A DNA stretch of 63,526 nt, the filler included, from Octopus bimaculoides (lineage: Eukaryota): the NCBI RefSeq assembly GCF_001194135.2. It is 6 parts of 6 records of this genome, joined end to end, with 100 filler letters (N's around TTAATTAATTAA, not from the genome) between each part and the next. Parts side by side here need not be neighbours in the genome. Positions count along the whole stretch, not along the records: positions 1 to 8,987 come from NC_069004.1; positions 9,088 to 17,366 come from NC_068982.1; 4 more parts are not named here. One strand, 5' to 3'. The notes under the pieces are model-generated. The model saw only the letters and a list, made by a program, of their open reading frames with translations, ran no database searches and had not been told where the DNA came from. Position 1 is the first letter of the stretch, and each line of letters opens with the position of its first letter. Shown here in pieces: positions 1-13,659 of this stretch. The translations under genes and the position numbers were made by a program.

Positions 1-3000
1 GTACGTAGGAACATACGTACGTTTGTTCGTTCGTTCTTTCGTACGTACGTTCCTTCTTTCGTTTATTCGTTCGTACTTACGAACTTACTTAAGTACGCAC
101 GTTCTTTCCTTCCTTCGATCATTTGTTCATACGTACGATCGTTCGTTCGTACGTACGTACATTCGTACGTACGTTCGTTCATTCATTCATACATATATAC
201 GTACGAACATACGCACGCTCGTTCGTTCGTTCATTCATACATATGTAAGTACGAATATACGTACGTTCGTTCGTTCTTTCGTTTGTTCGTTCATATCGTT
301 CGTTCGCTCATTCGTACGTACGTACGAGCTTACCAACGAAATGAACGAACGAAAGAATGAATGTACGTACGTACGTAGGTACGAACTAACGAACAAACGA
401 TCGAAAGAACGAACAAAAGAACGAACGTACGTACGAAACTAACGAAGAAACGAACGAAAGAACAAACGAGCGTACGTACGAACAAACGAAAGAACGATCA
501 AACGCACGTACGTACGTAAGCACATATGTATGTACGTACGAATGAATTAATGTACGTGCGTACGTACCTACGGACAAAAGAGCGAACGAATGAACAAACT
601 AACGACCGACCGAACGAACGAAAGGACAACCGAACGCACGTACGTACGTACGTTACTAAATACGAACGAACGTACGTGCGTAAGAATGACCGAACGTACG
701 TACGCGCGTACGTTCGTTCGTACGTACATACTTACGTGCGTTCGTACTTTCGATCGTTCTTTCGTTCGTTTGTTCGTACGTACATACGTACGTTCATTTC
801 TTTGTTTGTTCGTTTTTTTTCGTACGTACGTTCGTTCTTTTAATCTTTCGCTCGCTCGTTCGTTCGTTCGTACGTTCGTATTTTCGTTCGTTTGTTCCGT
901 TGTACGTACGCTTGTTCGTTCGTTCGTACGTATGTACCTACATTTGTTCGTTTGTTCGATCGTTCGTTCTTTCATTTGTTTCTTTCATGTTTCGTACGTA
1001 CGTAATTGCGTTCGTTCGTTCTTACGTTCGTTCGTTCGTACTTACGTTCATTCGTTACTTCGTTCTTTCGATCGTTCGTACGTTCATTCATTCGTACGTA
1101 CGTACACTCGTTCGTACGGTCATTCTTACGTATGTACGTACATACGTTCAATCGTTCTTTAGTTCGTACATACGTTCGTTTGTTTTTTCGTTCGATCTTT
1201 CGTTCGCACATGCGTTCGTTACTACGTACGTACGTACGTTTGTTTATTTGTTTGTTTGTACATACGTATGTACGTTCTTTCGTTTGCTCGATCGTTGTCT
1301 CGTTCGTTCGTTCGTCCATTCTTTCGTTACTTCGTTCGTTCGTTCATTCGTTTCGTTCGTTCGTTTGTTTCGTTCTTCCGTACGTACGTACGTACATTCT
1401 TTCGTACGTACGTGCGTTAGTTTGTTCGTACGTTCTTTCGTTCATACGTACATATGTACCTACCTATGTACGTTCGTTTGTTTGTTCGTTCGTTAGTTTG
1501 TTCATACGTACGTACGTACATATGTACCTACTTATGTACGTTCGTTTATTCGTTCGTTCATACATACGTACGTTCAATTCTTTGTTCGTTCGTTTTTTTT
1601 TCGTACCTACGTTCGTTCGTTCGTTCGTCCGTTCTTACATACGTACTTACGTAAATCCGTACATACGTACGTTCGTTAGTTCTTTCGTACGTACGTTCGT
1701 TCATTAGGTCGTTCGTTCGTTCGTTCATTCATATATATGTACGTAGGAACATACGTACGTTTGTTCGTTCGTAATTACGTTCCTTCTTTCGTTTATTCGT
1801 TCGTACTTACGAACTTACTTACGTACGTACGTTCTTTCCTTCCTTCGATCATTTGTTTTCATTCGTACTTTCGTACGTAAGTACGTTCGTTCGTTCATTC
1901 ATACATATATACGTACGAACATACGCACGCTCGTTCATTCATACATATGTAAGTACGAATATACGTACGTTCGTTTGTTCGTTCATATCGTTCGTTCGCT
2001 CATTCGTACGTACGTACGAGATTACCAACGAAATGAACGAACGAAAGAACCAACGAACTAACGATCGAACGTACGTATTTACATATGTATATGCGTATGA
2101 ATGAATTAACGAACGAACGAAAGAATGAATGTACGTACGAACGAACAAACGAACGAACGTACGTACGAACGAACAAACGAAAGAACGATCTAACGCACGT
2201 ACGTACGTAAGCACATATGTACGTAGGTAGGTGCGTACGTATGTACCTACGGACAAAAGAGCGAACGAATGAACAAACTAATGACCGAACGAACGAACAA
2301 ATTACCGAAGGAACGAAAGGACAACCGAACGCACGTACGTTACTAAATACGAACGAACGTACGTGCGTGAGAATGACCGAACGTACGTACGCGCGTACGT
2401 TCGTTACTTTATTCGTTTGTTCGTTCGTTTGTACGTACATATGTACCTACTTACGTGCGTTCGTTCGGTCGTTCGTACGTACATACATACCTACGTTCGT
2501 TCGTACTTTCGATCGTTTGTTCGTACGTACATACGTACGTTCATTTCTTTGTTCGTTCGTTTTTTTTCGTACGTACGTTCGTTCTTTCAATCTTTCGCTC
2601 GCTCGTTCGTTCTTACGTACGTACTTTCGTTCGTTCTTTCGTTTGTTCCGTTGTACATACGCTTATTCGTACGTATGTACCTACATTTGTTCGTTAATTC
2701 GTTTGTTCGATCTTTCGTTCGTTCTTACGTACGTACTTACGTTCTTTCATGTTTCGTACGTACGTAATTACGTTCGTTCGTTCTTACGTTCTTTCTTTCG
2801 TTCGTTCATTCGTACTTACATTCGTTCGTTCGTTCTTTCGATCGTTCGTACGTTCATTCTTACGTATGTACGTACATACGTTTAATCGTCCTTTCGTTCG
2901 TTTGTTCGTTTGTTTTTTCGTTCGCACATGAGTTCGTTCCTACGTACGTACGTTTGTTTGTTTATTCGTTTGTTCGTACATACGTTCTTTCGTTTGCTCG

Positions 3001-6000
3001 ATCGGTCGTTCGTTCTTTTGCTCGTTCAATCATTCGTTCGTTCGTTCGTTCGTACTTACGAACTTACTTACGTACGCACGTTCTTTCCTTCCTTCGATCA
3101 TTTGTTCATACGTACGATCGTTCGTTCGTTCGTTCATACATATATACGTACGAACATACGCACGCTCGTTCATTCATACATATATAAGTACGAATATACG
3201 TACGTTCGTTCGTTCTTTCGTTTGTTCGTTCATATCGTTCGTTCGCTCATTCGTACGTACGTACGAGCTTACCAACGAAATGAACGAACGAAAGAACCAA
3301 CGAACTAACGATCGAACGTATGTATATGCGTATGAATGAATAAACGAACGAACGAACGAACGAACGTACGTACGTACGAAACTAACGAAGGAAACAAATG
3401 AACGAACGACCGAACGAACGGAAGAATGAACGAACGACCGAACGAACAAACTAGCGTACGTACGAACAAACGAAAGAATGAATGAACGAACGAATGAACA
3501 AACGAAAGAACGATCAAACGCACGTACGTACGAAAGAATTAATGTACGTGCGTACGTACCTACGGACATAAGAGCGAACGAATGAACAAACTAACGACCG
3601 AACGAACGAAAGGACAACCGAACGCACTTACGTACGTTGCTAAATATGAACGAACGTACGTGCGTAAGAATGACCGAACGTACGTACGTTCGTTACTTTG
3701 TTCGTTCGTTCGTACGTACATATGTACCTACTTACGTGCGTTCGTACGTACATACATACCTACGTTCGTTCGTACTTTCGATCGTTCTTTCGTTCGTTCT
3801 TTCGTTTGTTCGTTCGTTCAATCGGTCGTTCGTTCCTACGTACGTTCGTTTGTTTCGTTGTACCTACGCTTGTTCGTTCGTTCGTACGTATGTACCTACA
3901 TTTGTTCGTTAATTCGTTTGTTCGATCGTTCTTACGACATACTTACGTTCTTTCATTTGTTTCTTTCATGTTTCGTACGTACGTAATTACGTTCGTTCGT
4001 TCGTACTTACGTATGTACGTTGGTTCGTTCTTACGTAGGTTCATTAGTTACTTCGTTCGTTCGATCGTTCGTACCTACGTATGTTCATTCATTCGGACGT
4101 ACGTACGCTCGTTCGTACCTTCATTCTTACGTATGTACGTACATACGTTCAATCGATCTTTCGTTCGTTCCTTCGTACGTTAGTTCTTTCGTTCGTACGT
4201 ACGTTCGTTCGCTCGTTCCTACATACGGATGTATGTACGTACGTTCGTTTGTTTTTTCGTTCGATCTTTCTTTCGTTCGCACATGCGTTCGTTCCTACGT
4301 ACGTTTGTTTGTTCATTCGTACATACATACGTACGTACGTTCTTTCGTTTGCTCAATCGTTGTCTCGTTCGTCCATTCTTTCGTTACTTCGTTCGTTCGT
4401 TCGTTTGTTTCGTTCTTCCGTACGATCATTCGCTCGTTCGTACGTTCTTTCGTACGTACGTTCGTTAGTTTGTTCGTTCGTTTGTTTGTTTGTTCGTTCG
4501 TTCATACGTACGTACGTACATATGTATCTACTTACGTACGTTGGTTTGTTCGTTCGTTCGTACATACGTACGTTCAATTCTTTGTTCGTTCGTTCAATCA
4601 TTCGTTCGTACGTTCGTCCGTTTCTTTGTTCGTTCGTTTGTTCGATCGTTCTTACACACGTACCTACGTACGTAAATCCTACATACGTTCGGACGTTCGT
4701 TCGTTAGTTCTTTCGTACGTACGTTCGTTCGTTCGTTCGTTCTTTCATATATATGTACGTAGGAACATACGTACGTTTGTTCGTTCGTTCGTTCGTACGT
4801 ACGTTCCTTCTTTCGTTTATTCGTTCGTACTTACGAACTTACTTAAGTACGCACGTTCTTTCCTTCCTTCGATCATTTGTTCATACGTACGATCGTTCGT
4901 TCGTACGTACGTACATTCGTACGTACGTTCGTTCATTCATACATATATACGTACGAACATACGCACGCTCGTTCGTTCGTTCATTCATACNNNNNNNNNN
5001 NNNNNNNNNNNNNNNNNNNNNNNNNNNNNNNNNNNNNNNNNNNNNNNNNNNNNNNNNNNNNNNNNNNNNNNNNNNNNNNNNNNNNNNNNNNNNNNNNNNN
5101 NNNNNNNNNNNNNNNNNNNNNNNNNNNNNNNNNNNNNNNNNNNNNNNNNNNNNNNNNNNNNNNNNNNNNNNNNNNNNNNNNNNNNNNNNNNNNNNNNNNN
5201 NNNNNNNNNNNNNNNNNNNNNNNNNNNNNNNNNNNNNNNNNNNNNNNNNNNNNNNNNNNNNNNNNNNNNNNNNNNNNNNNNNNNNNNNNNNNNNNNNNNN
5301 NNNNNNNNNNNNNNNNNNNNNNNNNNNNNNNNNNNNNNNNNNNNNNNNNNNNNNNNNNNNNNNNNNNNNNNNNNNNNNNNNNNNNNNNNNNNNNNNNNNN
5401 NNNNNNNNNNNNNNNNNNNNNNNNNNNNNNNNNNNNNNNNNNNNNNNNNNNNNNNNNNNNNNNNNNNNNNNNNNNNNNNNNNNNNNNNAATGAACGAACG
5501 TATGTACGTACGAACAAACGAACGAAAGAACGATCGAAAGTACGAACGAACGTATGTATGTGTGTACGTACGTACGAACGACCGAACGAACGCACGTAAG
5601 TATGTACGTACGAACGAACAAACGAATAAAGTAACGAACGTACGCGCGTACGTACGTTCGGTCATTCTTACGCACGTACATTCGTTCGTATTTAGTAACG
5701 TACGTACGTGCGTTCGGTTGTCCTTTCGTTCGTTCGGTCGGTCGTTAGTTTATTCATTCGTTCGCTCTTTTGTCCGTAGGTACGTACGCACGTACATTAA
5801 TTCATTCGTACGTACGTACATATGTGCTTACGTACGTGCGTTTGATCGTTCTTTCGTTTGTTCGTACGTACGCTCGTTTGTTCTTTCGTTCGTTCGTTCG
5901 TTTCTGCGTTAGTTTCGTACGTACGTTCGTTCTTTTGTTCGTTCTTTCGATCGTTTGTTCGTTCGTTAGTTAGTTCGTACCTACGTACGTACGTACATTC

Positions 6001-8282
6001 ATTCTTTCATTCGTTCATTTCGTTGGTAAGCTCGTACGTACGAATGAGCGAACGAACGAACGTACGTATATTCGTACTTACATATGTATGAATGAACGAA
6101 CGAACGAGCGTGTTTATGTTCGTACGTATATATGTATGAATGAACGAACGTACGTACGAACGAACGATCGTACGTATGAACAAATGATCGAAGGAAGAAA
6201 AGAACGTGCGTACTTAAATAAGTTCGTAAGTACGAACGAATAAACGAAAGAAGGAACGTACGTACGAAAGAACGAACGAACAAACGTACGTATGTTCCTA
6301 CGTACATATATATGAATGAACGAACGAACGAACGAACGTACGTACGAAAGAACTAACGAACGAACGTCCGTACGGATTTACGTACGTAGGTACGTATGTA
6401 AGAATGATCGAAGAAACGAACGAACAAAGAAACGGACGAACGTACGAACGAATGATTGAACGAACGAACGTACGTAGGTACGAAAAAAAACGAACGAACA
6501 AACCAAGGTACGTAAGTAGGCACATATGTACGTACGTACGTATGAACGAACGAACGAACAAACGAACGAACGAAACAAACAAACGAATGAACGAACGAAG
6601 TAACGAAAGAATGGACGAACGAGACAACGATCGAGCAAACGAAAGAACGTATGTACGAACAAACGAATAAACAAACAAACGTACGTACGTAGGAACGAAC
6701 GCATGTGCGAACGAAAGAAAGATCGAACGAAAAAACAAACGAACGTATGTACGAACAAACGAACGATTGAACGTATGTACGTACATATGTAAGAATGAAC
6801 GTACGAACGAGTGTACGTACGTACGAATGAATGAACGTACGAACGATCGAAAGAACGCTGTAACGAATGAACGTAAGTACGAACAACGAACGTAAGAACG
6901 AACGAACGTAATTACGTACGTACGAAACATGAAAGAAACAAATGAAAGAACGAACGAACGATCGAACAAATGTAGGTACATACGTACGAATGAACGAACA
7001 AGCGTACGTACAACGGAACAAACGAACGAACAAACGAAAGTACGTACGAAAAAAAAACGAACGAACAAAGAAATGAACGTACGTATGTACGTACGAACAA
7101 ACGAACGAAAGAACGATCGAAAGTACGAACGAACGTAGGTATGTATGTACGTACGAACGACCGAACGAACGCACGTAAGTATGTACGTACGAACGAACGA
7201 ATAAAGTAACGAACGTACGCGCGTACGTACGTTCGGTCATTCTTACGCACGTACGTTCGTTCGTATTTAGTAACGTACGTGCGTTCGGTTGTCCTTTCGT
7301 TCGTTCGGTAATTTGTTCGTTCGGTCGGTCTTTAGTTTGTTTGTTCATTCGTTCGCTCTTTTGTCCGTAGGTACGTACGCACGTACATTAATTCATTCGT
7401 TCGTACGTACGTACATATGTGCTTACGTACGTACGTGCGTTTGATCGTTCTTTCGTTTGTTCGTACGTACGCTCGTTTGTTCTTTCGTTCGTTTCTTCGT
7501 TAGTTTCGTACGTACGTTCGTTCTTTTGTTCGTTTGTTCTTTTGTTCGTTCTTTCGATCGTTTGTTCGTTAGTTCGTACGTACGTACGTACGTACATTCT
7601 TTCGTTCGTTCATTTCGTTGGTAAGCTCGTACGAATGAGCCAACGATCGTACGTATGAACAAATGATCGAAGGAAGGAAAGAACGTGCGTACTTAAGTAA
7701 GTTCGTAAGTACGAACGAATAAACGAAAGAAGGAACGTACGTACGAACGAACGAACGAACGAACGAACAAACGTACGTATGTTCCTACGTACATATATAT
7801 GAATGAACGAACGAACGAACGAACGAACGTACGTACGAAAGAACTAACGAACGAACGTCCGTACGTATGTACGGATTTACGTACGTAGGTACGTATGTAA
7901 GAACGATCGAAAGAACGAAGTAACGAATGAACGTACGTAAGAACGAACGTATGTACGAACAAACGAAGGTACGTACGTAAGTTCGAACGAAAGAAAGAAC
8001 GTAAGAACGAACGAACGTAAATACGTCCGTACGTACGTAACAACGAAGGAACGAACAAACAAATGAACGAATGTACGCACGTACGTACGTAGGAACGAAC
8101 GAACGAACGTACGCATGTATGTACATACGTACGAAACATGAAAGAACGTAAGAAAGAACGAACAAATGTAGATACATACATACGAACGATCGAACAAGCG
8201 TACGTACGTAGGAACGAACGATCGAAAGTACGAACGAACGTAGGTATGTATGTACGTACGAACGACCGAACGAACGTACGTA
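1..8282. repeat. CpG-rich cryptic tetranucleotide satellite (CGTA/CGTT/CGAA words) with higher-order units; contains assembly gap 4991-5489
   Basis: Almost entirely CGTA/TACG/TTCG/CGAA words. Marker gtacgtaggaacatacgtacg at 1, 1739 and 4755, inverted near 6285 and 7770. Marker cctacggaca(a/t)aagagcg at about 567, 2247 and 3560, inverted near 5770 and 7360. Confidence 0.95.
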
Positions 8283-8817
8283 AGCTACACGAAGAAGATA
8301 GCCTCTATGCAGCATATAAGCTATTGGTAAAGACTCAAGAGATTAAGACTATTCCTTAGAGCGTAGACGAGAAAGATATGCCATAATATACATCTGGAAG
8401 ATCCTCGAAGGTATTGTCCCAAACTTTGGCATCGAAAGTTACACAAATAAAAGAACTGGACGCCATTGCATAGTGCCAAGGACTCCAAATTTGCCATCAA
8501 GATGTAGGACAAGATACTGCAATAGCCTGGGCTTCAAAGGTCCGCAGCTCTTCAATATCCTCTCGAAGGACCTGAGAGACCTGCATGAGGTGGATGTAGG
8601 TGTCTTCAAGACAAGGCTGGACCTCTTCCTGTCAGGTGTCCCAGATGAACCAACTTCACGGCAGGAGGCGCAGATGAGAGCAGCTGCATCAAACTCTCTC
8701 ATGCACCAAATATCAATTCCTGAAGTAAAATTGTGTAGCAACACAAAATGGCGGTGCCCCAGCATGGCCACAGCTCAAGAGCTGAAACTGGATAAAATGA
8801 AAATGAATGAAATGAAA
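8283..8817 (+). mobile_element. 5'-truncated CR1/L2-group LINE: ORF2 C-terminus, 3' UTR stem-loop and (AATG)-type tail
   Basis: Translates with one frameshift as SYTKKIASMQHISYW*RLKRLRL/SLERRRERYAIIYIWKILEGIVPNFG...NSLGFKGPQLFNIL...FKTRLDLFLSGVPDEP, the typical CR1-group ORF2 end. Tail ggcggtgccccagcatggccacagctcaagagctgaaac followed by aaatg repeats. Confidence 0.85.
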
Positions 8818-8954
8818 TATATGTAAATATATAAAAATAAAAAGATAAAGAGAGCAATGATAAGGTTGGACTGGGGCAAAAATAGTCGGTATACAGCACT
8901 TACTCGGTATTACCTGTATCCTCCTGGGTTTGGTTAAATCCAATACCCTCCTCA

Positions 8955-8987
<33 letters not shown>

Positions 8988-9031
8988 NNNNNNNNNNNNN
9001 NNNNNNNNNNNNNNNNNNNNNNNNNNNNNNN

Positions 9032-9043
9032 TTAATTAATTAA
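9032..9043. other. Assembly gap linker TTAATTAATTAA (also 17411-17422, 34038-34049, 39996-40007, 54713-54724)
   Basis: Identical 12-mer embedded in N runs (44 N each side at 8988-9087, a 100-bp placeholder); it has stops in all six frames. Confidence 0.95.
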
Positions 9044-9087
9044 NNNNNNNNNNNNNNNNNNNNNNNNNNNNNNNNNNNNNNNNNNNN

Positions 9088-9122
<35 letters not shown>

Positions 9123-9718
9123 TCCGCACATACATACATATAATGGTTTTCTTCCTAGTTACAACAAACTAAATTCCATTCAAATGCTACCTGTCATAAT
9201 GAGGCAATTGTAGAAGCTACTATTGCAATATAGCTTCGAACACGTGTGTCATAGTTATCAAAGCAAATTAATAAAAAAATTAACAATCACTAAAGTTAAG
9301 CATACATTCTATTACACAGCCAACAAATAGTACTTTTATTTAATGAGAATAGGAGAGAAATAATCGGATATTGGTCTATATTTCCCAATATATTTTCTCA
9401 CATCGCTCAAATTCCTGATTTACAATAGCACTAAATTGACTTCAGATTCCAAACGTTGGTGAAAGAAGCAATGTTTTTGTTGTTAGGATCGATTATCAAC
9501 TGCAACTCCTTTCCCTTTTACTGTACCAAACTCCTTCACATGAATATACCCATCATAGCCTAAAGTAATTTCTTCCTAAAGTCACAGGTTTCATGCTGAA
9601 GTAGGAAATCAAAATTTTTTCACACCCATGCCATTCATATTATTAATCCATTTGATGTCCTGAATTTCACGATTATCTATTTCCTCCCTCGTCTAGACTA
9701 GGCCTAGAGCTAATGTAC

Positions 9719-9719
<1 letters not shown>

Positions 9720-9817
<98 letters not shown>
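9720..9817. repeat. (TAT)n microsatellite
   Basis: About 33 perfect units. Confidence 0.95.
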
Positions 9818-10135
9818 GGCATAACTGCTATCATAGGTAGTACAGAAATTAATATAAGAAACATCAGGTATCTCCTGATATAAGCCCGCTGGAGTAATTA
9901 TTCTCAACGAGAACTTATTCTTATTTGTGTAGCCGTTATTAAATACGATTTGACGCAATATGCTACAATATAATGATAGTTAACCGGAGGAAGCTAAGTT
10001 TAATAGGCCTGTAATCCATCCAGTGAGATTTCAAATTTGGTCTGTCTATCAAAATCTATGAATTATACAAAATCTAAAAATAATTCGCTGGGTACTTTGT
10101 ATCTCCTGACTGTGCTTACCACACCTCACTTTAAA

Positions 10136-10719
10136 TCACTCCCATGCATATCAACCCATAACCCCAGAAACAATGAAGCATACAACACAATTATAGAAAA
10201 CCTCTCTCTGCTCCTCAAGACCCGAAAACGTACAACATCCTAAATACACATGAACTCCTCAAGTGCAAAAGACAACACAAATCACTTAAGAAACTCCTAA
10301 CAAATGCAAAACTATACTCAATACATACAATACCAACAGTCAAAAAATGCAGACGATATAATTGTGGTACATGCCCATACATAACTAAAGGCTCGGAATC
10401 CACATTCCAGCAAGGAGAAAAATTCTCAATTAAGACCAACTTCACGTATGCTTCCTAGAACCTCAACGATGTCCTAAACTGCACAGTTTGTGGCCAAACT
10501 CATGTGGGCCAAACAAGCCTTACTTTGAGACGCAGAGTCACTCTGAATAAAGAACAGGCAGATAGCCCCGAGCGAACAGATGCGCAAGAAATAAAACGCC
10601 GAATTTCCATATCTTTCCATTATACCAATTATACATATTCAATCTCCTTACAAGAACGCCTAAACAAGGAAAAACTGTTTATACAAAAGTAGAGACCACA
10701 CCTTAATATACAAACTTGA
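10136..10719 (+). mobile_element. Penelope-like element remnant: GIY-YIG endonuclease C-terminal domain (pseudogenised)
   Basis: Frame reads KRQHKSLKKLLTNAK...KCRRYNCGTCPYI...FSIKTNFTYAS*NLNDVLNCTVCGQTHVGQTSLTLRRRVTLNKEQ...ERLNKEKLFIQK*RPHLN. The CxxxxCxxC knuckle, VGQT..L..R and E..FI...P.LN motifs are typical of PLE GIY-YIG domains. Confidence 0.85.
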
Positions 10720-10860
10720 CCACTTCATTAATGATACTGAGGAGTTAGTTGTCCCCTTGCCACCTGTTACCTCCCTTGGTCCACTCTCTAGACTCATTCT
10801 TATTTTTCAAGCATCCAAAGTGGCGAATCCTCTTTGTCACAAAAATTGATTACTTCACAA

Positions 10861-10904
10861 TGTCCCTCGAAAAGCTAATTTAGATAGCGAAACCCGATTG
10901 GATA
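10861..10904 (+). ncRNA. Decayed type-I hammerhead-like motif in the presumed pLTR of the Penelope remnant
   Basis: tgtcc / ctcgaaaa (degenerate CUGANGA) / gcta-atttaga-tagc / GAAA / cccgat t / ggata. Stems I and II pair; located about 140 bp after the ORF stop. Confidence 0.45.
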
Positions 10905-11098
10905 TCACTACATCCATAAAATATGTATATATTATTAAAAAAATTCTTTATAAAAAGATATTAAACTATGTGAAACAAAGGCATTTCTCCTCCGCTTTTT
11001 CTATATGTTTTCCAGATGTTTTCAACTCATAATTTTGCCACGTAGTATATACTGAATCTCCAGTATTTTTGCTCCTTTCATATATNNNNNNNNNNTAT

Positions 11099-11169
<71 letters not shown>

Positions 11170-13659
11170 ACGTATGGATGGATGGATGGATGGATGGCTG
11201 GATGGATGGATGGATGTTTGTATGTATCGTTGCTATTATGCAAAAGTGCTGTAAGTCCAAAACATTGCTTTTCCAGAAACGAAAATATAGTTTTACCATT
11301 CATCTTTTTACATTAGCAACAGTTTCAGCTTAACAATAATACTTTCTTGGCTGCATAAAATTGTAACTCCATGTATGTATGATATTTTCAATCTGAAATA
11401 TTTTTGCAAAACTGTCGTATATGAGACTCACTACATGCTTGAAAAATGCTAAACCAGTGTACTACACTTTAACAATTTCCATATCTTGGCATCTGAAGCA
11501 GCTGGTGATACGATATAATTTGACCATAAGAACCGGTTATTGCAAGCAAAATTTGATACCGAAAACAAAACGTATTTGGGCAAATTTGAACATAAACAGT
11601 TTAACATAATATCAACGATATATATAATAAATATACTGACATTACAATTCTCAAGAATCAAAGAGATACGGCCTTTTCTAACACATTCTATATATCAACT
11701 GACTGTCAGTCATTCAAAAATCGCCCTTCTGTGTGACCACCATACGACACCATCGGCATTAGAACCATTTTCTGTCCCACCCCCACTTCCAAATATTATT
11801 TCGGCGTTTTGCAGAGGAGAATCTATTGCGGGCCCACACATTTTTGTTTCCGCAGAAACTGGTATTTGAATTATATTTTTCATTTTGAGGGTCTTACAAG
11901 AAGTTTTCACTTATTATTTCGTTGTATATCGATTTTCCCTTCCATCTCTTCAGGTTCGAAATAATTAATCGCGATGTCGAAGACCGTGGCTAAACCAAAA
12001 TAATCCTTTCCCACAACGCAAATAGCAGAGTGTCTCGAAGCTATGCTTAATCATTTTATGACACTCTGAAGGATACTGTGCGATTACATGGCTTCTGTAG
12101 TGTTAATTAGATGAATCCCCGCTTGGATAGAACATTTATCTGTTCTAGAGACGCTTCTGGGCAAATCTCCGAATTTATACGTCAGTTTGTCGAATTAAGG
12201 TGATAGTCTCTTCGAAAGGCCATCTAGAGATATCAACTTGCAACTTATAAACTGAGAGAGAAATCAAATATTTGGTTCAGTGACTTTTTTTAATTTTATA
12301 TTATTTATCATAATCCGCAACTGACTTCATACCACTAACTTAAACAACTTCGCGAGGTTAGATGAAACCTACAGTTAAGTGGGTCATATTGAGCTTCTAA
12401 GATTCTTAGCTTCAGATAATCATCAGCACCAATGGTTTTGTAAAATCGCGCAAGATATCATAACCTATCCTCTCATATATACAACCATATCGAATTTGTT
12501 TTGCTCTTCCGAATGTTCTCTTTCAATTCCTACACAGTCATGTATCAGTACTATAATCCTTTTCTTTTCAAAGTCTGATTCGAGTTTCATTCGCGTAAGA
12601 CACGACATATAGACTCAGGCATGATCGTGTGTTTAAGAATTTATCTTCAAAACACTTAATGTTGCGTTCGGTCTTAGTGACAGCTATGCTGTATCACCAA
12701 AACTATATTTTATAGGCAAAAAAAGCAACCTTATTAAAATAATGCTAAATGTACTTTAATGATGCAATGCACAAATGTCCATCTCCCCGCATTCTTACAG
12801 AAATATAGAGAGGTTTAAATCCTGTTCTATATATCTTACTTCCCAATAAGTTTCACGGATGAGAAATTATTAAGTATTTTTCTAGTCATTGAAAGCGAAT
12901 TCCAAAGAGGAATAATCTTGGGAGATTCTGAAACAGTAAATCTTAAATGCTGAAATCTGAAGATACATCTAAAATCTATGCGAGAAACTAACATTGTTTG
13001 GACTTTACTACCAATATAATAACGACACAATTTTTACCTTGCAGTTTAATTAGGATTTGTTTCAACTGAATATGACTCAAGAGACTGAAAAACTTTCCGA
13101 AGAGAAATTCTTCTACTTCTCAACAGGTTTTGAAGCAACGTATATTGGCAGGAAAACCAGTATGAGATAAATGCACATATCCTTTATACTGGAAATGTTG
13201 TAGAATGCTTATCAATGTTGCTTGAATTACGAAGACAGGAACAAAATCACTGTAGACAATAACTGGGATGCAAGTTTAATGTTACTTGAATTACAAAGAC
13301 AGGTTACTGGAATGTAACTTGGATGTTACTTGAATTACGAAGACAACAGTATTACGAAGCTGCATTCTGACGATTGTAAAAAGTAACTGGAATACAACTT
13401 GCAACGAAAAGTTGAATGTTGAAAACAATGTTTCCCGATGGACCTATTTTTAATATGACCACTTGGTTGAAGGACAAAATATCTCTGTCAGATGTAAACA
13501 AATATTCTGTGAAGTAAGGTATCTAGATCAAGTAAATGATGAGTAACTTTGAAAGTTAAACTTTTATTTTAATATCTTAAGAGAACTGCCCCTTACATTT
13601 CATAGATATTAGCACTTTATAAACACATTTCATTTGCTATGCCAATCAAATGCTTTCTG

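Noticed and set aside
23-8197. Dozens of long ORFs (FVRSFVRTYVR / NERTNER type), including the 630-aa 4020..5912
   Set aside because: CGTA/CGTT words rarely create stop codons, so ORFs appear in all frames on both strands; the longest also run through Ns.
1-8282. CRISPR-like or CpG-island promoter reading of the array
   Set aside because: No constant repeat with unique spacers, no cas genes, eukaryotic context; GC is moderate and the sequence is repetitive rather than a promoter island.
9032-9043. Recurrent TTAATTAATTAA as a homeodomain or PacI regulatory motif
   Set aside because: Always inside N runs; it is an assembly spacer.
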